DNA from: a virus | Length of the DNA stretch: 64,000 bases | Virus record (IMG/VR): IMGVR_UViG_3300036760_000689 | Span: 32,001-96,000 of that record | Direction: 5' to 3' (one strand) | Part shown: one piece after another, positions 47,908 through 56,241 of the stretch | Numbering within the stretch: the stretch's first letter is position 1 | Layout: the number at the start of each line of letters is the position of its first letter | The notes under the pieces: model-generated | Told to the model about the DNA's origin: nothing | What the model saw: only the letters and a program-made list of their open reading frames with translations | The model's database searches: none | Position numbers and translations under genes: made by a program

Positions 47908-48632
47908 TTATGAGGTGATGGCACTGAACATGAAGAATAAGCGCGGTGCCGGGAATAACAGGTTTCCTGCGAACAGATACTGCCCCGCCACGTCATCCGT
48001 GTTCTGCGCCTCTTTGAAACCCGTGAACCCGAACTGATATTTGGGAAGGGTCGAGATCCAGAACTGGATGTACTTCGTGTTGAGGCCGAAGATAAAATTT
48101 GCTGGGCAATACTGATCGACGCAGACGGACGCGCCATTCCAACGCAAACTCTGGAATCCGATCTTCGCCACATCGGTTGATTCTTCCATGTATCTCTGTT
48201 GCGGCAGAATCTTGTTCCAGATGATGTTCCAGAGCGTTTGAGTGGTGACGATCAGGTCGACATGTTCGTTGCCGAACCAAGCAGCACCATAGGCGGTCTG
48301 AAATGCGGCCATCGTAAAGACTGTAGTCGAGGCATTGGAATAACCGTTGATGCCGGCATTGTTGGTGCCGTTAGCTACGCCGAGGTCAGTACGAGTAATA
48401 CCGCCATATGAGGTAAACCCTAAGGCGGTGCCATTATCCAACGCCTGCTGCATCCCATCGAGATTGATGGTTCCAGAGGTAACGCCAGTACCATCAAGGA
48501 AGATGTCGGTTCCCAGCAGTTTTGCCATCTTACCGCTGGCATTCACCATCTTGGATTCGACGTAATTCATCGCAGCCTCGGGGCCACGAGCCAGCACGTT
48601 GTCGGTACCGAAGAGGGTGACGTTCACGTAGT
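47908..48632 (-). CDS. Major capsid protein, exon 2
   Basis: IFLDGTG, YGGITR, DLIVTT, LPQQRY, GFQSLRWNG, GLNTKYI, GNLLFPAPR. Joins exon 1 in frame (..PKY YVNV..) to give 325 aa. Confidence 0.9.
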
Positions 48633-48675
48633 CAGTTATGTTATCGAGCGGTTCTTTATCCGCTCTTCAGCGCGG

Positions 48676-49311
48676 TTACTGGATGCTGCGGGAAATCGCG
48701 CTGCTCAGACTATCTCTTCCCTTTCGGGCCGGGGTCTCTTGGAGAGGATTATCGTTGGGACTCACCTCTCTAGTCGTTACACCTTCCGCAGAACCTTTGC
48801 CCTCTGCGGCTTGGCTCGGCATTGTCTCTCCCGTTGAGAGTTCCACCGATTTCACCCGGTTTGTTCTAAACGCTTGGGCATCCTTATGGTTTAGGAATTG
48901 AGTCTTCTGGCAGAGAGTTATCCGTTGTGCGAATACTTCATCGCTAACAGGCTCGTGGCCACCCTTCTCATACCTCTTGCCGATCTTCTTGCTTGATCGG
49001 TTCAACTTTTCTAATTCCAATACCGTGAACCCCTGTTCCTGTTTGATCCTCAGATAAGGAGATAGCATCTTTGCTGCGGCAATGGATGATCGTGGGGAAA
49101 GTTGCAAAGTGTGAACCATGGATGTATTGGGCGGAGTGATCGCCCCGCCAACGATATCTCGAATTTCGTACAGTACCCCAAGATTCTGCGAATAGAAGTT
49201 GATCTTCGCATAATATTCATCTCGGGTCCTGTTGGGACGCCGGGAGTGAACTATCGAGATGCTTCCGTCGCAATCCAGAAATGCTGCAACGTATTCGAGC
49301 GCCAAACGCAT
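48676..49311 (-). CDS. Intron-encoded single-motif LAGLIDADG homing endonuclease
   Basis: YVAAFLDCDGSISI, LSPYLRIKQEQ. Confidence 0.9.
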   Translation of the reverse strand: MRLALEYVAAFLDCDGSISIVHSRRPNRTRDEYYAKINFYSQNLGVLYEIRDIVGGAITPPNTSMVHTLQLSPRSSIAAAKMLSPYLRIKQEQGFTVLELEKLNRSSKKIGKRYEKGGHEPVSDEVFAQRITLCQKTQFLNHKDAQAFRTNRVKSVELSTGETMPSQAAEGKGSAEGVTTREVSPNDNPLQETPARKGRDSLSSAISRSIQ

Positions 49312-49337
49312 AGAGTACCTTCTAAGCAGCTACCGGC

Positions 49338-49346
49338 ATTATACCA
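49338..49346 (-). promoter_or_regulatory. Extended -10 promoter inside the intron for the endonuclease ORF
   Basis: TGGTATAAT 26 nt upstream of the ATG at 49311. Confidence 0.5.
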
Positions 49347-49374
49347 CAATCCAGACCGAATAGCCGCACTAAGT

Positions 49375-49627
49375 ACTTCGGCACGACCTCAAGAGCCGTG
49401 TCCGTCTGTACGTAGGTAATATTGAACGTCCCCCCACGCTGGAAAGCCCCGCCGTTCAGCTCGGCAAATGCGATGGGGTGCCGGATGGAAGTTCCACCCT
49501 CAAACCGCTCCGCGTTGCGAGTCCGAAGACGAGTGAAGACGGGAGAGCTTTTATACACATTATCCACAAGTCTCGGGATTATGTGTTTATTGACCTTTCC
49601 CGTTATGTCATCCCAAGTGAGAGCCAT
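49375..49627 (-). CDS. Major capsid protein, exon 1
   Basis: SD GGAGG; MALTWDDIT...LVDNVYKSSPVFTRL...GGTSIRHPI; follows the scaffold gene. Confidence 0.9.
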
Positions 49628-49656
49628 AACTAATTTAACCTCCTGAGTTTACTGGT

Positions 49657-49743
49657 AAGTTGAAGATAGAAACAAACATTGCAAATGCTCCATTGGCTCT
49701 TACCCAATTGGCACTCACCTCTGCTTGTCTCACCTTCCAACTT
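49657..49743 (-). promoter_or_regulatory. Long imperfect RNA hairpin in the leader of the capsid gene
   Basis: AAGTTGGAAGGTGAGACAAGCA pairs with TGTTTGTTTCTATCTTCAACTT, and inner GTGAGTGC pairs with GCATTTGC, with many G-U pairs. Confidence 0.65.
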
Positions 49744-49847
49744 TCGGTTCTGCCTTTGCGGGGCTTCCGATCGCCGGCTCGGGTAACGCTTCTGGTTTGT
49801 GCTACAGGAACGGGGCCGGAATGAGCCAAGACCGATCCCGTCCGTTA

Positions 49848-50699
49848 TCAGGACTTACCTTCCGCGCGAAATTCCTGCGCAATGAGGCCAGCTAATCTGC
49901 CTGAACCATCGGCCTGAACATCATCAGGAATGCCCGAATCCTTCTTTTGAAGTCGTTGCTGCAAGGGGCCAAGCACTGGTTCCCCCCCGCCTGCTGCGTA
50001 TGGAGTGTTATCGTTTTTGTGTTTTTCATCCCATCGCTTTTGCACGTCGGCTTCGATTGTTTCTCTGAGTTTCTTTTCTCGCGACTCCTTGGTCAAAAAT
50101 TCGTAGGCGGCAGACAAATCCCCGCCGCGCTTTTGTGCCTCATCGAGGAGTGCTTGCCTCGGGAGTTCAATGCCGAAATCGGCTCGATGTCTTGACTGGA
50201 GATCGATGATGTCAAGAACGGCTGCGCCCAGTGCATCTCCACGCCGATTTACATCATCGGCAGTGAGAAGTTTGCCATCCTTGAGCATTGTTTGAAATTC
50301 GGTGACGGTGGTCGCGACCGCCTCGAGTTGCAACTTCGTGGCTGCAACTTCCTCGCGCGCTACACGAAGTTGCCGTTGAAGTGCGGCTTGATCATCTGGG
50401 GATTCAAGATCATTAGGGTGATCTTCCCTGGTTTCGAGGGCTGCAAGCCGCTCTTTTGCCTCACGAGCCTCTTTCTGCATAGCCTCATATTGCGGTTTGG
50501 CCGTGTCGAACCATTCCCGATTTTTCCGGTGGATAACCTCGGCCTCCTTATTCCTCTTGTCGAGGTCATTCATCTTGCGCGAGAATTCATCTTGCCGCAA
50601 ACTACCCTCTTGGAGGGCACTTAATTCTTTCCTTCTCGCTTCTCGTTCGGCCTCTGGTACATATCCCAGGAGCTTTTCGAGTTCCGCTGAGAGTGGCAT
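49848..50699 (-). CDS. Capsid scaffolding protein
   Basis: Charged coiled coil, LRQDEFSRKM motif, LSAAYE; immediately upstream of the MCP. Confidence 0.8.
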   Translation of the reverse strand: MPLSAELEKLLGYVPEAEREARRKELSALQEGSLRQDEFSRKMNDLDKRNKEAEVIHRKNREWFDTAKPQYEAMQKEAREAKERLAALETREDHPNDLESPDDQAALQRQLRVAREEVAATKLQLEAVATTVTEFQTMLKDGKLLTADDVNRRGDALGAAVLDIIDLQSRHRADFGIELPRQALLDEAQKRGGDLSAAYEFLTKESREKKLRETIEADVQKRWDEKHKNDNTPYAAGGGEPVLGPLQQRLQKKDSGIPDDVQADGSGRLAGLIAQEFRAEGKS

Positions 50700-50775
50700 G
50701 TTATTTCAACATTTCTCTCACCCCAAAGTAATAGCAACTCCGATGTCCATCAGCATCCAACGGTTGGATTGACGG

Positions 50776-51180
50776 CTACCCCAAAGGTGGCATTCCCCCT
50801 CCGCCAGGTGCTGGGGTCGATCCGGGAGGCATCCCTCCCGCTGGCCCTGCTTCCATGGCTTCAGGTCTTCCTACCTGTGGGGCAGTGCTGACGGCTGACA
50901 CTCCAGTATCAAGATTACTGATCGCTTTCTGAGCAAACGGGGCAAAGACTGGCTCCGCGCCAGCTATCTGTTGGAGAACCCGTTTTACAGCTTCTACCTG
51001 AGCCAGCAGAAATCCATGCGGATTGGGAATCCCCACACCGCCCGCCGGCCCTTGGGCCGCGTTTCTCTGAACGATCGCTGAGAGACCACCGCCCGGAGGC
51101 GGGGTTTGCTGGGGCATCCCCATTTGCGATTGGATATCTGGAGATGGCAAAGGTGGTCTGTCCATTCCAGGTATCGGCAT
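50776..51180 (-). CDS. Pro/Gly-rich head-associated hypothetical protein
   Basis: Low-complexity ends around a helical hairpin; upstream of the scaffold. Confidence 0.6.
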   Translation of the reverse strand: MPIPGMDRPPLPSPDIQSQMGMPQQTPPPGGGLSAIVQRNAAQGPAGGVGIPNPHGFLLAQVEAVKRVLQQIAGAEPVFAPFAQKAISNLDTGVSAVSTAPQVGRPEAMEAGPAGGMPPGSTPAPGGGGMPPLG

Positions 51181-51354
51181 CTAGGACTCCTTCCCCTTCT
51201 TCCCAGACTCGGTTTTCTGGTTCACGCTCTTCGGCTCCTGACTTAGGGGCGCGAAGGTTGCGGGACTCTGGATTCCAGCAGGCTGGGTGTTATCACCGTG
51301 GCCCTCATAAATTTGTCCGGGTACGATTTCGTTTCCTTCATCCTTCTTGGCCAT
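51181..51354 (-). CDS. 57-aa hypothetical protein (below ORF-track cutoff)
   Basis: SD AAAGGAG; MAKKDEGNEIVPGQIYEG...GKKGKES*; abuts the next gene. Confidence 0.6.
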   Translation of the reverse strand: MAKKDEGNEIVPGQIYEGHGDNTQPAGIQSPATFAPLSQEPKSVNQKTESGKKGKES

Positions 51355-51395
51355 ACCATTCTCCTTTGAAAATACTCAGTTGCAGCTCCCGACTC

Positions 51396-51575
51396 TTAGC
51401 GGCGTCCCGATGCTCTGGGGGCCTTGCGATCCTTCTTGGCACGATACTTCGAAAGCTCCCCGGCCTGATCCTTGGCCTCGGCTTTCAGTGCGCGTTTACC
51501 TCCTGACCTCAGGACTTTCACTAATTTTTCATGTTCCTGCACCGCATCCTTCTTGGTCATGCAGATATTAGGCAT
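51396..51575 (-). CDS. 59-aa basic protein (below ORF-track cutoff)
   Basis: MPNICMTKKDAVQEHEKLVKVLRSG...KDRKAPRASGRR*. Confidence 0.65.
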   Translation of the reverse strand: MPNICMTKKDAVQEHEKLVKVLRSGGKRALKAEAKDQAGELSKYRAKKDRKAPRASGRR

Positions 51576-51578
51576 TGC

Positions 51579-51800
51579 CTACCTTCTACTGGATCCCCTG
51601 GTGGCCTTGCGTCCAGATCGTTTCGTCTTTCTCGATGCTCCCGCTTCCGAGAGTGCGATCGCTATTGCCTGTTTTCGGTTCTCTACGGTGGGGCCTGTCT
51701 TGCTGCCGGAATGAAGCGCACCATGTTTGAACTTTGACATTTCCTCGTGGATGCGTTCCTGTTTAGCTCCCTTGCTGGCATTTCTCGCAAGTTTAGGCAC
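51579..51800 (-). CDS. Small basic protein (DUF6496-like)
   Basis: MSKFKHGALHSGSKTGPTVENRKQAIAIALSEA. Confidence 0.75.
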   Translation of the reverse strand: MPKLARNASKGAKQERIHEEMSKFKHGALHSGSKTGPTVENRKQAIAIALSEAGASRKTKRSGRKATRGSSRR

Positions 51801-52104
51801 GGCCTATATTCCTTGCAGCCGTTCTTCGTCCCTGACGGGCCTTGCCGCGCGGCTGCGGTTTGCGGCCTTCGTTGTTGCCCTCCAGCTGGTCAAGCATGCT
51901 GGATTTCCAACGCAGATGATCGATGGCTTTCGAATGTCTTCCTGAGTCCTTCCGAAGTTCGGCGTAATCCTCGATCCGACGCGCATCATCCTTGACCTGG
52001 TATTCCTCTTCGCGCTTCTGGGCTGCGGCCGTATCCATCGACGGCCCAATCGGTACCGCCATCGACATCCTGGGGGCTTTCATCTTCGATTTTCTCTTCG
52101 CCAT
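51793..52104 (-). CDS. Small basic protein
   Basis: SD AGGAG; YQVKDDARRI..Y.E...D..R helix; Arg-rich tail. Confidence 0.65.
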   Translation of the reverse strand: MAKRKSKMKAPRMSMAVPIGPSMDTAAAQKREEEYQVKDDARRIEDYAELRKDSGRHSKAIDHLRWKSSMLDQLEGNNEGRKPQPRGKARQGRRTAARNIGRA

Positions 52105-52186
52105 AAGCTCTCCTGGGCAACGCGGTCAGTCCAGCGGGTGAGTGCTCAACTTCCCGCGTTGCCACATCGGGAGTTTGCCGTCACTC

Positions 52187-52210
52187 ACAGCCTAGCATTA
52201 CCTTGTCAAG
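52187..52210 (-). promoter_or_regulatory. Conserved intergenic motif CTTGACAA-N5-TGyTAGkCTGT (copy 2), putative late promoter
   Basis: 17/24 identical to 58519..58542; preceded by a G10 tract. Confidence 0.55.
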
Positions 52211-52219
52211 CCCCCCCCC

Positions 52220-52603
52220 CTAACTTCGACGACCTGAACGGGATGATTTTCTGGGCTTTTTCCTGGCCACGGCTTCTCCTTTATGGAGTTCGGCCTGTCC
52301 GGTCTTTCTGACTAGACCGCCCCTTTTATACTGGGGTACGTTTCCAGGTACTTTGCTCGTGCCGGCTGTCATCGCCCTCGTTTCCCTTCGCAACAGTTCC
52401 ATGCCCATCTTTCGGGCACTTAATTCGTTCTGGGAAAGCAACTTCGAGTAATCATCACCCAGAGGCATTGGATGCTTGATCTGGCCGATAATATTACGCT
52501 CAGAGTGATAGTTCCTGAATTCCTGGAGTTTCCTGTCGGCATATTGGAGCCAGTCCTTGGATTTTCCAGTCTTAGGAAGGGTTTCGCCTTCAGGCATGGT
52601 CAC
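52220..52603 (-). CDS. Small basic protein
   Basis: YKRGGLVRKTGQAELHKGE motif; tail RKSSRSGRRS. Confidence 0.65.
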   Translation of the reverse strand: MTMPEGETLPKTGKSKDWLQYADRKLQEFRNYHSERNIIGQIKHPMPLGDDYSKLLSQNELSARKMGMELLRRETRAMTAGTSKVPGNVPQYKRGGLVRKTGQAELHKGEAVARKKPRKSSRSGRRS

Positions 52604-52800
52604 CTCCGCGATCCACCACGAGCCTTCTTGCGGCCCAATTTACGCAAAGTCATGGCCAATCTGGCCCGACGCCCCACCTTACCCCCTGCGCCTTTCTTTT
52701 CCTGGGCATATTCCGCCACAGATTTCCCCGCCGCTTTGGCGGAAGCAGTGAAACTGCCGGGTTTCTTAATGGCCGAAGCTATCCAACGTTTTTCAGACAT
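52600..52800 (-). CDS. Small basic protein
   Basis: SD GGAGG; WIASAIKKPG...GRRARLAMTL. Confidence 0.7.
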   Translation of the reverse strand: MSEKRWIASAIKKPGSFTASAKAAGKSVAEYAQEKKGAGGKVGRRARLAMTLRKLGRKKARGGSRR

Positions 52801-52884
52801 TCTATTGCCTCCTGTCTCTTGGGACCCCTTATATTAAGATCTCTCAGTTTGAATGCTAATTCCTCTGCCTGCCATTTTCTCCTC

Positions 52885-53211
52885 CTAACTGATTAAAATA
52901 GCTCCCGTAACACCATCTCCGCCGTTGTCGGCATCGATGTAAACACAAGACATATCCGTGCCGTTGAGTTCGATCCCAATACCTGCAGAGAACGAAGGTT
53001 GCGATGCTGAGAGAATGCACAGGATCTTGGTCAAGTTGATACGATCATCTATTGGAGATAGAGATACATACACGTCTCCGACGTTGCTCTTTAACCTCTG
53101 GAGAGCATAACCATGCACATAAAACGGAGCCGTGGGATCGGCACGGTTTTTTGTTGCCCTCTGGGGTTGGCCCGGAATGGCTACTACGATTTTCCCGAGC
53201 GAATCTTGCAT
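52885..53211 (-). CDS. Small virion protein, probable paralog of 42361..42660
   Basis: NVGDVYV...DMSCVYIDADNGGDGV. Confidence 0.6.
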   Translation of the reverse strand: MQDSLGKIVVAIPGQPQRATKNRADPTAPFYVHGYALQRLKSNVGDVYVSLSPIDDRINLTKILCILSASQPSFSAGIGIELNGTDMSCVYIDADNGGDGVTGAILIS

Positions 53212-53364
53212 ATTACAGTCCTTATCGCTGCGGACAAAAGCCGGTACATTTTACGATTCCAAGTTTTCAACCTGCGCCAGATCGACGGATGGCCGACGAA
53301 GGGGATGTGGTAGATCGCACCTCCCTGTTGCCTGGTGGACATGTCCTCTCCGCCAAGATGAGGG

Positions 53365-53544
53365 TCAAATTTCATATATGCTACCCTCGAGTCGCGTCCA
53401 CCGTTCATCCGCGCCCCGGTGAATCTCGTGGCACATTTCTTTTGCGACATATTTCCCGTTCCGAATTTTGTTCACAAGACCACCCGCGCCGAATACCACA
53501 ACCGCCGCGCCTACGAGCATGAGCCAAATTTCCGCTGGAGTCAT
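53365..53544 (-). CDS. 59-aa protein with N-terminal TM
   Basis: MTPAEIWLMLVGAAVVVFGAGGLVNKIRNGKYVAKEMCHEIH...*. Confidence 0.5.
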   Translation of the reverse strand: MTPAEIWLMLVGAAVVVFGAGGLVNKIRNGKYVAKEMCHEIHRGADERWTRLEGSIYEI

Positions 53545-53583
53545 GGAAGCCTCTATAATATGTCTATTGTTTGAGTGCCGTTT

Positions 53584-54003
53584 TTATCCAGCCGTGATCT
53601 GCCCCTGAGCTTCGGCGGCCATCTTGAGCTGCTTCAGATACCGAAGTAGGGCACAAACCCATTGCACAAGGGCGGTATCGATTTTCAGGCCATCCTTTTC
53701 GATAGTCCTTCGGAGCCACTCGACTTCTCCGAGCGTCAGTCCCGCTGAAACGATCGTGACATCCGAATTGACAAATTCCTGCAGCAGCTCCCAGTGCTCA
53801 GATTCAGCGATCGCCATCCCCTGTGGATAGGCGGCAGAGATAACGTGCCGAATTGCCAACTTCGCCGCCTGGCTGACATGATCTTCCGGCGACGTGATCG
53901 AAAAGTTTCGGTGATCGCCGGCGCTGATCGCCATCTTGGGCGCAGTGAAATCAAACGCCACTTCTTTTGATTCAAACACCTTCCTTATTACCGCCTCTCC
54001 CAT
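53584..54003 (-). CDS. Putative fibre assembly chaperone, paralog of 41179..41568
   Basis: YPQGM, LTLGEVEWL, VQWVCALLRYL. Confidence 0.55.
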   Translation of the reverse strand: MGEAVIRKVFESKEVAFDFTAPKMAISAGDHRNFSITSPEDHVSQAAKLAIRHVISAAYPQGMAIAESEHWELLQEFVNSDVTIVSAGLTLGEVEWLRRTIEKDGLKIDTALVQWVCALLRYLKQLKMAAEAQGQITAG

Positions 54004-54024
54004 GATTCCTCCGCGGGTTAAACA

Positions 54025-54219
54025 TTACCGAATAACTTCTATCCCGTAAACCGGTTTGACGGTCGGGATACCGGTTTTAGGCCCCTCGTTAAACAAAACT
54101 TCGTCAAACATATGCCCATTGAAGCGCGCGTCTACGACAAAGACTGAAGATTCAATCGGCCCATCATTGAACAGCACTTCGTTGAATAAATTCTCGTTAA
54201 ATAAACCACTGGTGGGCAT
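54025..54219 (-). CDS. 64-aa protein with duplicated FxEVLFN(D/E)GP motif
   Basis: Abuts the stop of the fibre gene; internal repeat. Confidence 0.55.
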   Translation of the reverse strand: MPTSGLFNENLFNEVLFNDGPIESSVFVVDARFNGHMFDEVLFNEGPKTGIPTVKPVYGIEVIR

Positions 54220-54220
54220 T

Positions 54221-55783
54221 TTAGAAACCTGCCTTTGTCATTCTCTGATCCAATTCCTTAATTGCGTTCAACAAAATAAATGGAAGAGCGTGACCTTGAT
54301 AGCCCAGTAATTCTGTATCTTCCGAATCATTGGGATTAAGCCGCATTTTAAGTTTTTCGATCATGTATGGAGCGATGGACATGATTTCCTGCGCGATCAC
54401 TCCGATGTGTTCCCCATCGTCCTTAAATCCACCCAGGCCATTATATCTATACCATACAGGACCAATCTCCCTGATAATATTCAGGCCATCGTGGAATCGG
54501 CCGGTTATGGTTTTGATTCTCCGGTCGGAAACTATGCCCCATGTACTTGAGGTAGGCTTATAGGCATCATCAGTGCCAATCTCCAGAGCGTGTCCAGGAC
54601 TCGCCGTCCCGATGCCGACGTTGCCAGTTCTTAATACTGTAAACACATCTGTCCCGCCAGCCAATCCTTGATCATTTACAGCAAAGACAGCACCGGTAGC
54701 ATTCTGAGACAATCCTATGACCACGGAACCTGGTCTTGTGGAATGAGCGTGACTAAATAAATTGATAGCTCCGCCATATCCAGCAGAACCAACACCAGCT
54801 TGGATACGAAGAGATGCGCTTCCGGTTTGGACAGCATCCGTTATGATATATCTATCAGTCGCCGCTCCTTGAATTTCAACATTTCCAGCAACACTTAATT
54901 TTTGTCCCGGACCCGTCGTCCCGATGCCGACGTAGCCGCCGCTTGGTTGCAGTAACAAGTTATAGACAGCGGTGTTTGCATCATTCCGCTGGACTTGCAT
55001 CAAAACATCCCCGGTGCCAGACACCGCAGTATAGAGGCCGTACAACTTGGCTTCGTTCAATATCCCAAAACTTCCTTTTGCTGTGCCGGGTGTCATCCCA
55101 GTAGCGGATTGCCCCGCAACTTCTAACCTCACGTTCGGCCCCGTCGTCCCGATGCCGACCTTACCATTCGATTCAGTGATAACTGAATCACCTATGGCAG
55201 AGGCGCTAGTGAACTTTGCGATCTGCCCACTTGTTCCACTTAGAGCGTTCGCTTTCGCGTTGAATGTGTCCCAATCAGAATGGTCTAAATATCCGTCCAC
55301 CGACGATGTGGCCTTGGGAATCGAAACCTGAGTCGCACCTCCGGATACTTGGCGGGTGGCATCGAATGCCAGAGGAGAAACTGCCGTAAGATTCCCCAGG
55401 GTCAAAGCACTCTGTTTCCCATTGAAGGTAGCAAAATCGGTGTGATCTAAATATCCATCCACGGAGGCGGTAGCCTTGGCAACGGCCAGCGTCCGATCAG
55501 CACTCAAGTCCCCGCCACCTGTAAGGGGTGCTGTGGTGCTGATGGTACGAGTTGTTGGTACCTTACCAGCGAGATCTGTAACAAGACTAGTAACATCACT
55601 TTCGGCGTGCGTATGAGAAGTAGGAGCAAAACCTGAATGCCCTGCATCCGCATAGGCTAGGTGAGCCAGTTGATCGTGGTCTGCTCCAGGACCTGGGGGT
55701 CCTTGATCCCCATCTGGCCCTTTATCGCCTATCGGACCTTTATCACCAGATGCACTTATTTTGAGATCAGCGCCAAGTTCCAT
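54221..55783 (-). CDS. Fibre protein with collagen-like segment, VGIGT repeats and C-terminal intramolecular chaperone (peptidase S74-like)
   Basis: GDKGPIGDKGPDGDQGPP; three VGIGT; SDRRIK...IGVIAQEI...LLNAIKEL. Confidence 0.85.
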   Translation of the reverse strand: MELGADLKISASGDKGPIGDKGPDGDQGPPGPGADHDQLAHLAYADAGHSGFAPTSHTHAESDVTSLVTDLAGKVPTTRTISTTAPLTGGGDLSADRTLAVAKATASVDGYLDHTDFATFNGKQSALTLGNLTAVSPLAFDATRQVSGGATQVSIPKATSSVDGYLDHSDWDTFNAKANALSGTSGQIAKFTSASAIGDSVITESNGKVGIGTTGPNVRLEVAGQSATGMTPGTAKGSFGILNEAKLYGLYTAVSGTGDVLMQVQRNDANTAVYNLLLQPSGGYVGIGTTGPGQKLSVAGNVEIQGAATDRYIITDAVQTGSASLRIQAGVGSAGYGGAINLFSHAHSTRPGSVVIGLSQNATGAVFAVNDQGLAGGTDVFTVLRTGNVGIGTASPGHALEIGTDDAYKPTSSTWGIVSDRRIKTITGRFHDGLNIIREIGPVWYRYNGLGGFKDDGEHIGVIAQEIMSIAPYMIEKLKMRLNPNDSEDTELLGYQGHALPFILLNAIKELDQRMTKAGF

Positions 55784-55792
55784 AAACCCTCG

Positions 55793-56233
55793 TCAGAGTG
55801 GTCTTCCATCAGGTCCCAGCAAATCCATCGGGCTTCTGGCGGGCGATCTTGGATCAATTATAATTGATGTAGATCGAGGAGGTGCCAATTCGATCTCCCG
55901 ATAACACTTGTTGCATTTGACCGATACCGACTGTCCAGCGGATCCCATGATCCTGTATGCCGACGCTTTATTCCGCATATCACAACCTGGACAATTGAAA
56001 ACAATGTAATCCGTTCCCTTTGTCTTGGGGCCAAACTGCGTTTGACGACGTCCGCCGCCGAGGTTTATGGTCTTGCACTTCCTGCCACCGCCCCGATTGA
56101 TGATTTTCAGAGCTTTTCCCTGAAGAATGACCTTTGGCGTGGTCCCTCCACCAAAAGGAATCGCATCCGGTGCCCACACATCTCTTTTCCGATCTTTATA
56201 GAGGGCATCTTTGGCTTCCTTAGACCAAATCAT
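55793..56233 (-). CDS. Zn-ribbon hypothetical protein
   Basis: CPGC...CNKC; SD GGGGGA. Confidence 0.6.
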   Translation of the reverse strand: MIWSKEAKDALYKDRKRDVWAPDAIPFGGGTTPKVILQGKALKIINRGGGRKCKTINLGGGRRQTQFGPKTKGTDYIVFNCPGCDMRNKASAYRIMGSAGQSVSVKCNKCYREIELAPPRSTSIIIDPRSPARSPMDLLGPDGRPL

Positions 56234-56241
56234 GTCCCCCC

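Larger units (their letters stand above)
48633..49374 (-). ncRNA. Group I self-splicing intron (742 nt) in the major capsid gene
   Basis: 5' exon ends in U and the intron ends in G. Core elements: GTGAAATCGGTGGAAC, CAATGCCGAGCCAAGC, GAAGGTGTAACGACTAGA and AAGAGATAGTCTG (P7 GACUA/UAGUC). Removal restores the reading frame. Confidence 0.9.

Noticed and set aside
48633-49374. Capsid interruption as an intein, group II intron or programmed frameshift
   Set aside because: Exon 1 hits a stop codon, there is no Cys...Asn intein frame or GUGYG/AY boundary, and group I core motifs with U/G splice junctions are present.
52116-52185. c-di-GMP-I riboswitch suggested by GGCAAAC
   Set aside because: It lacks the GNRA tetraloop/receptor and the downstream GACGCAAAG-type consensus; only a simple 10-bp stem is supported.
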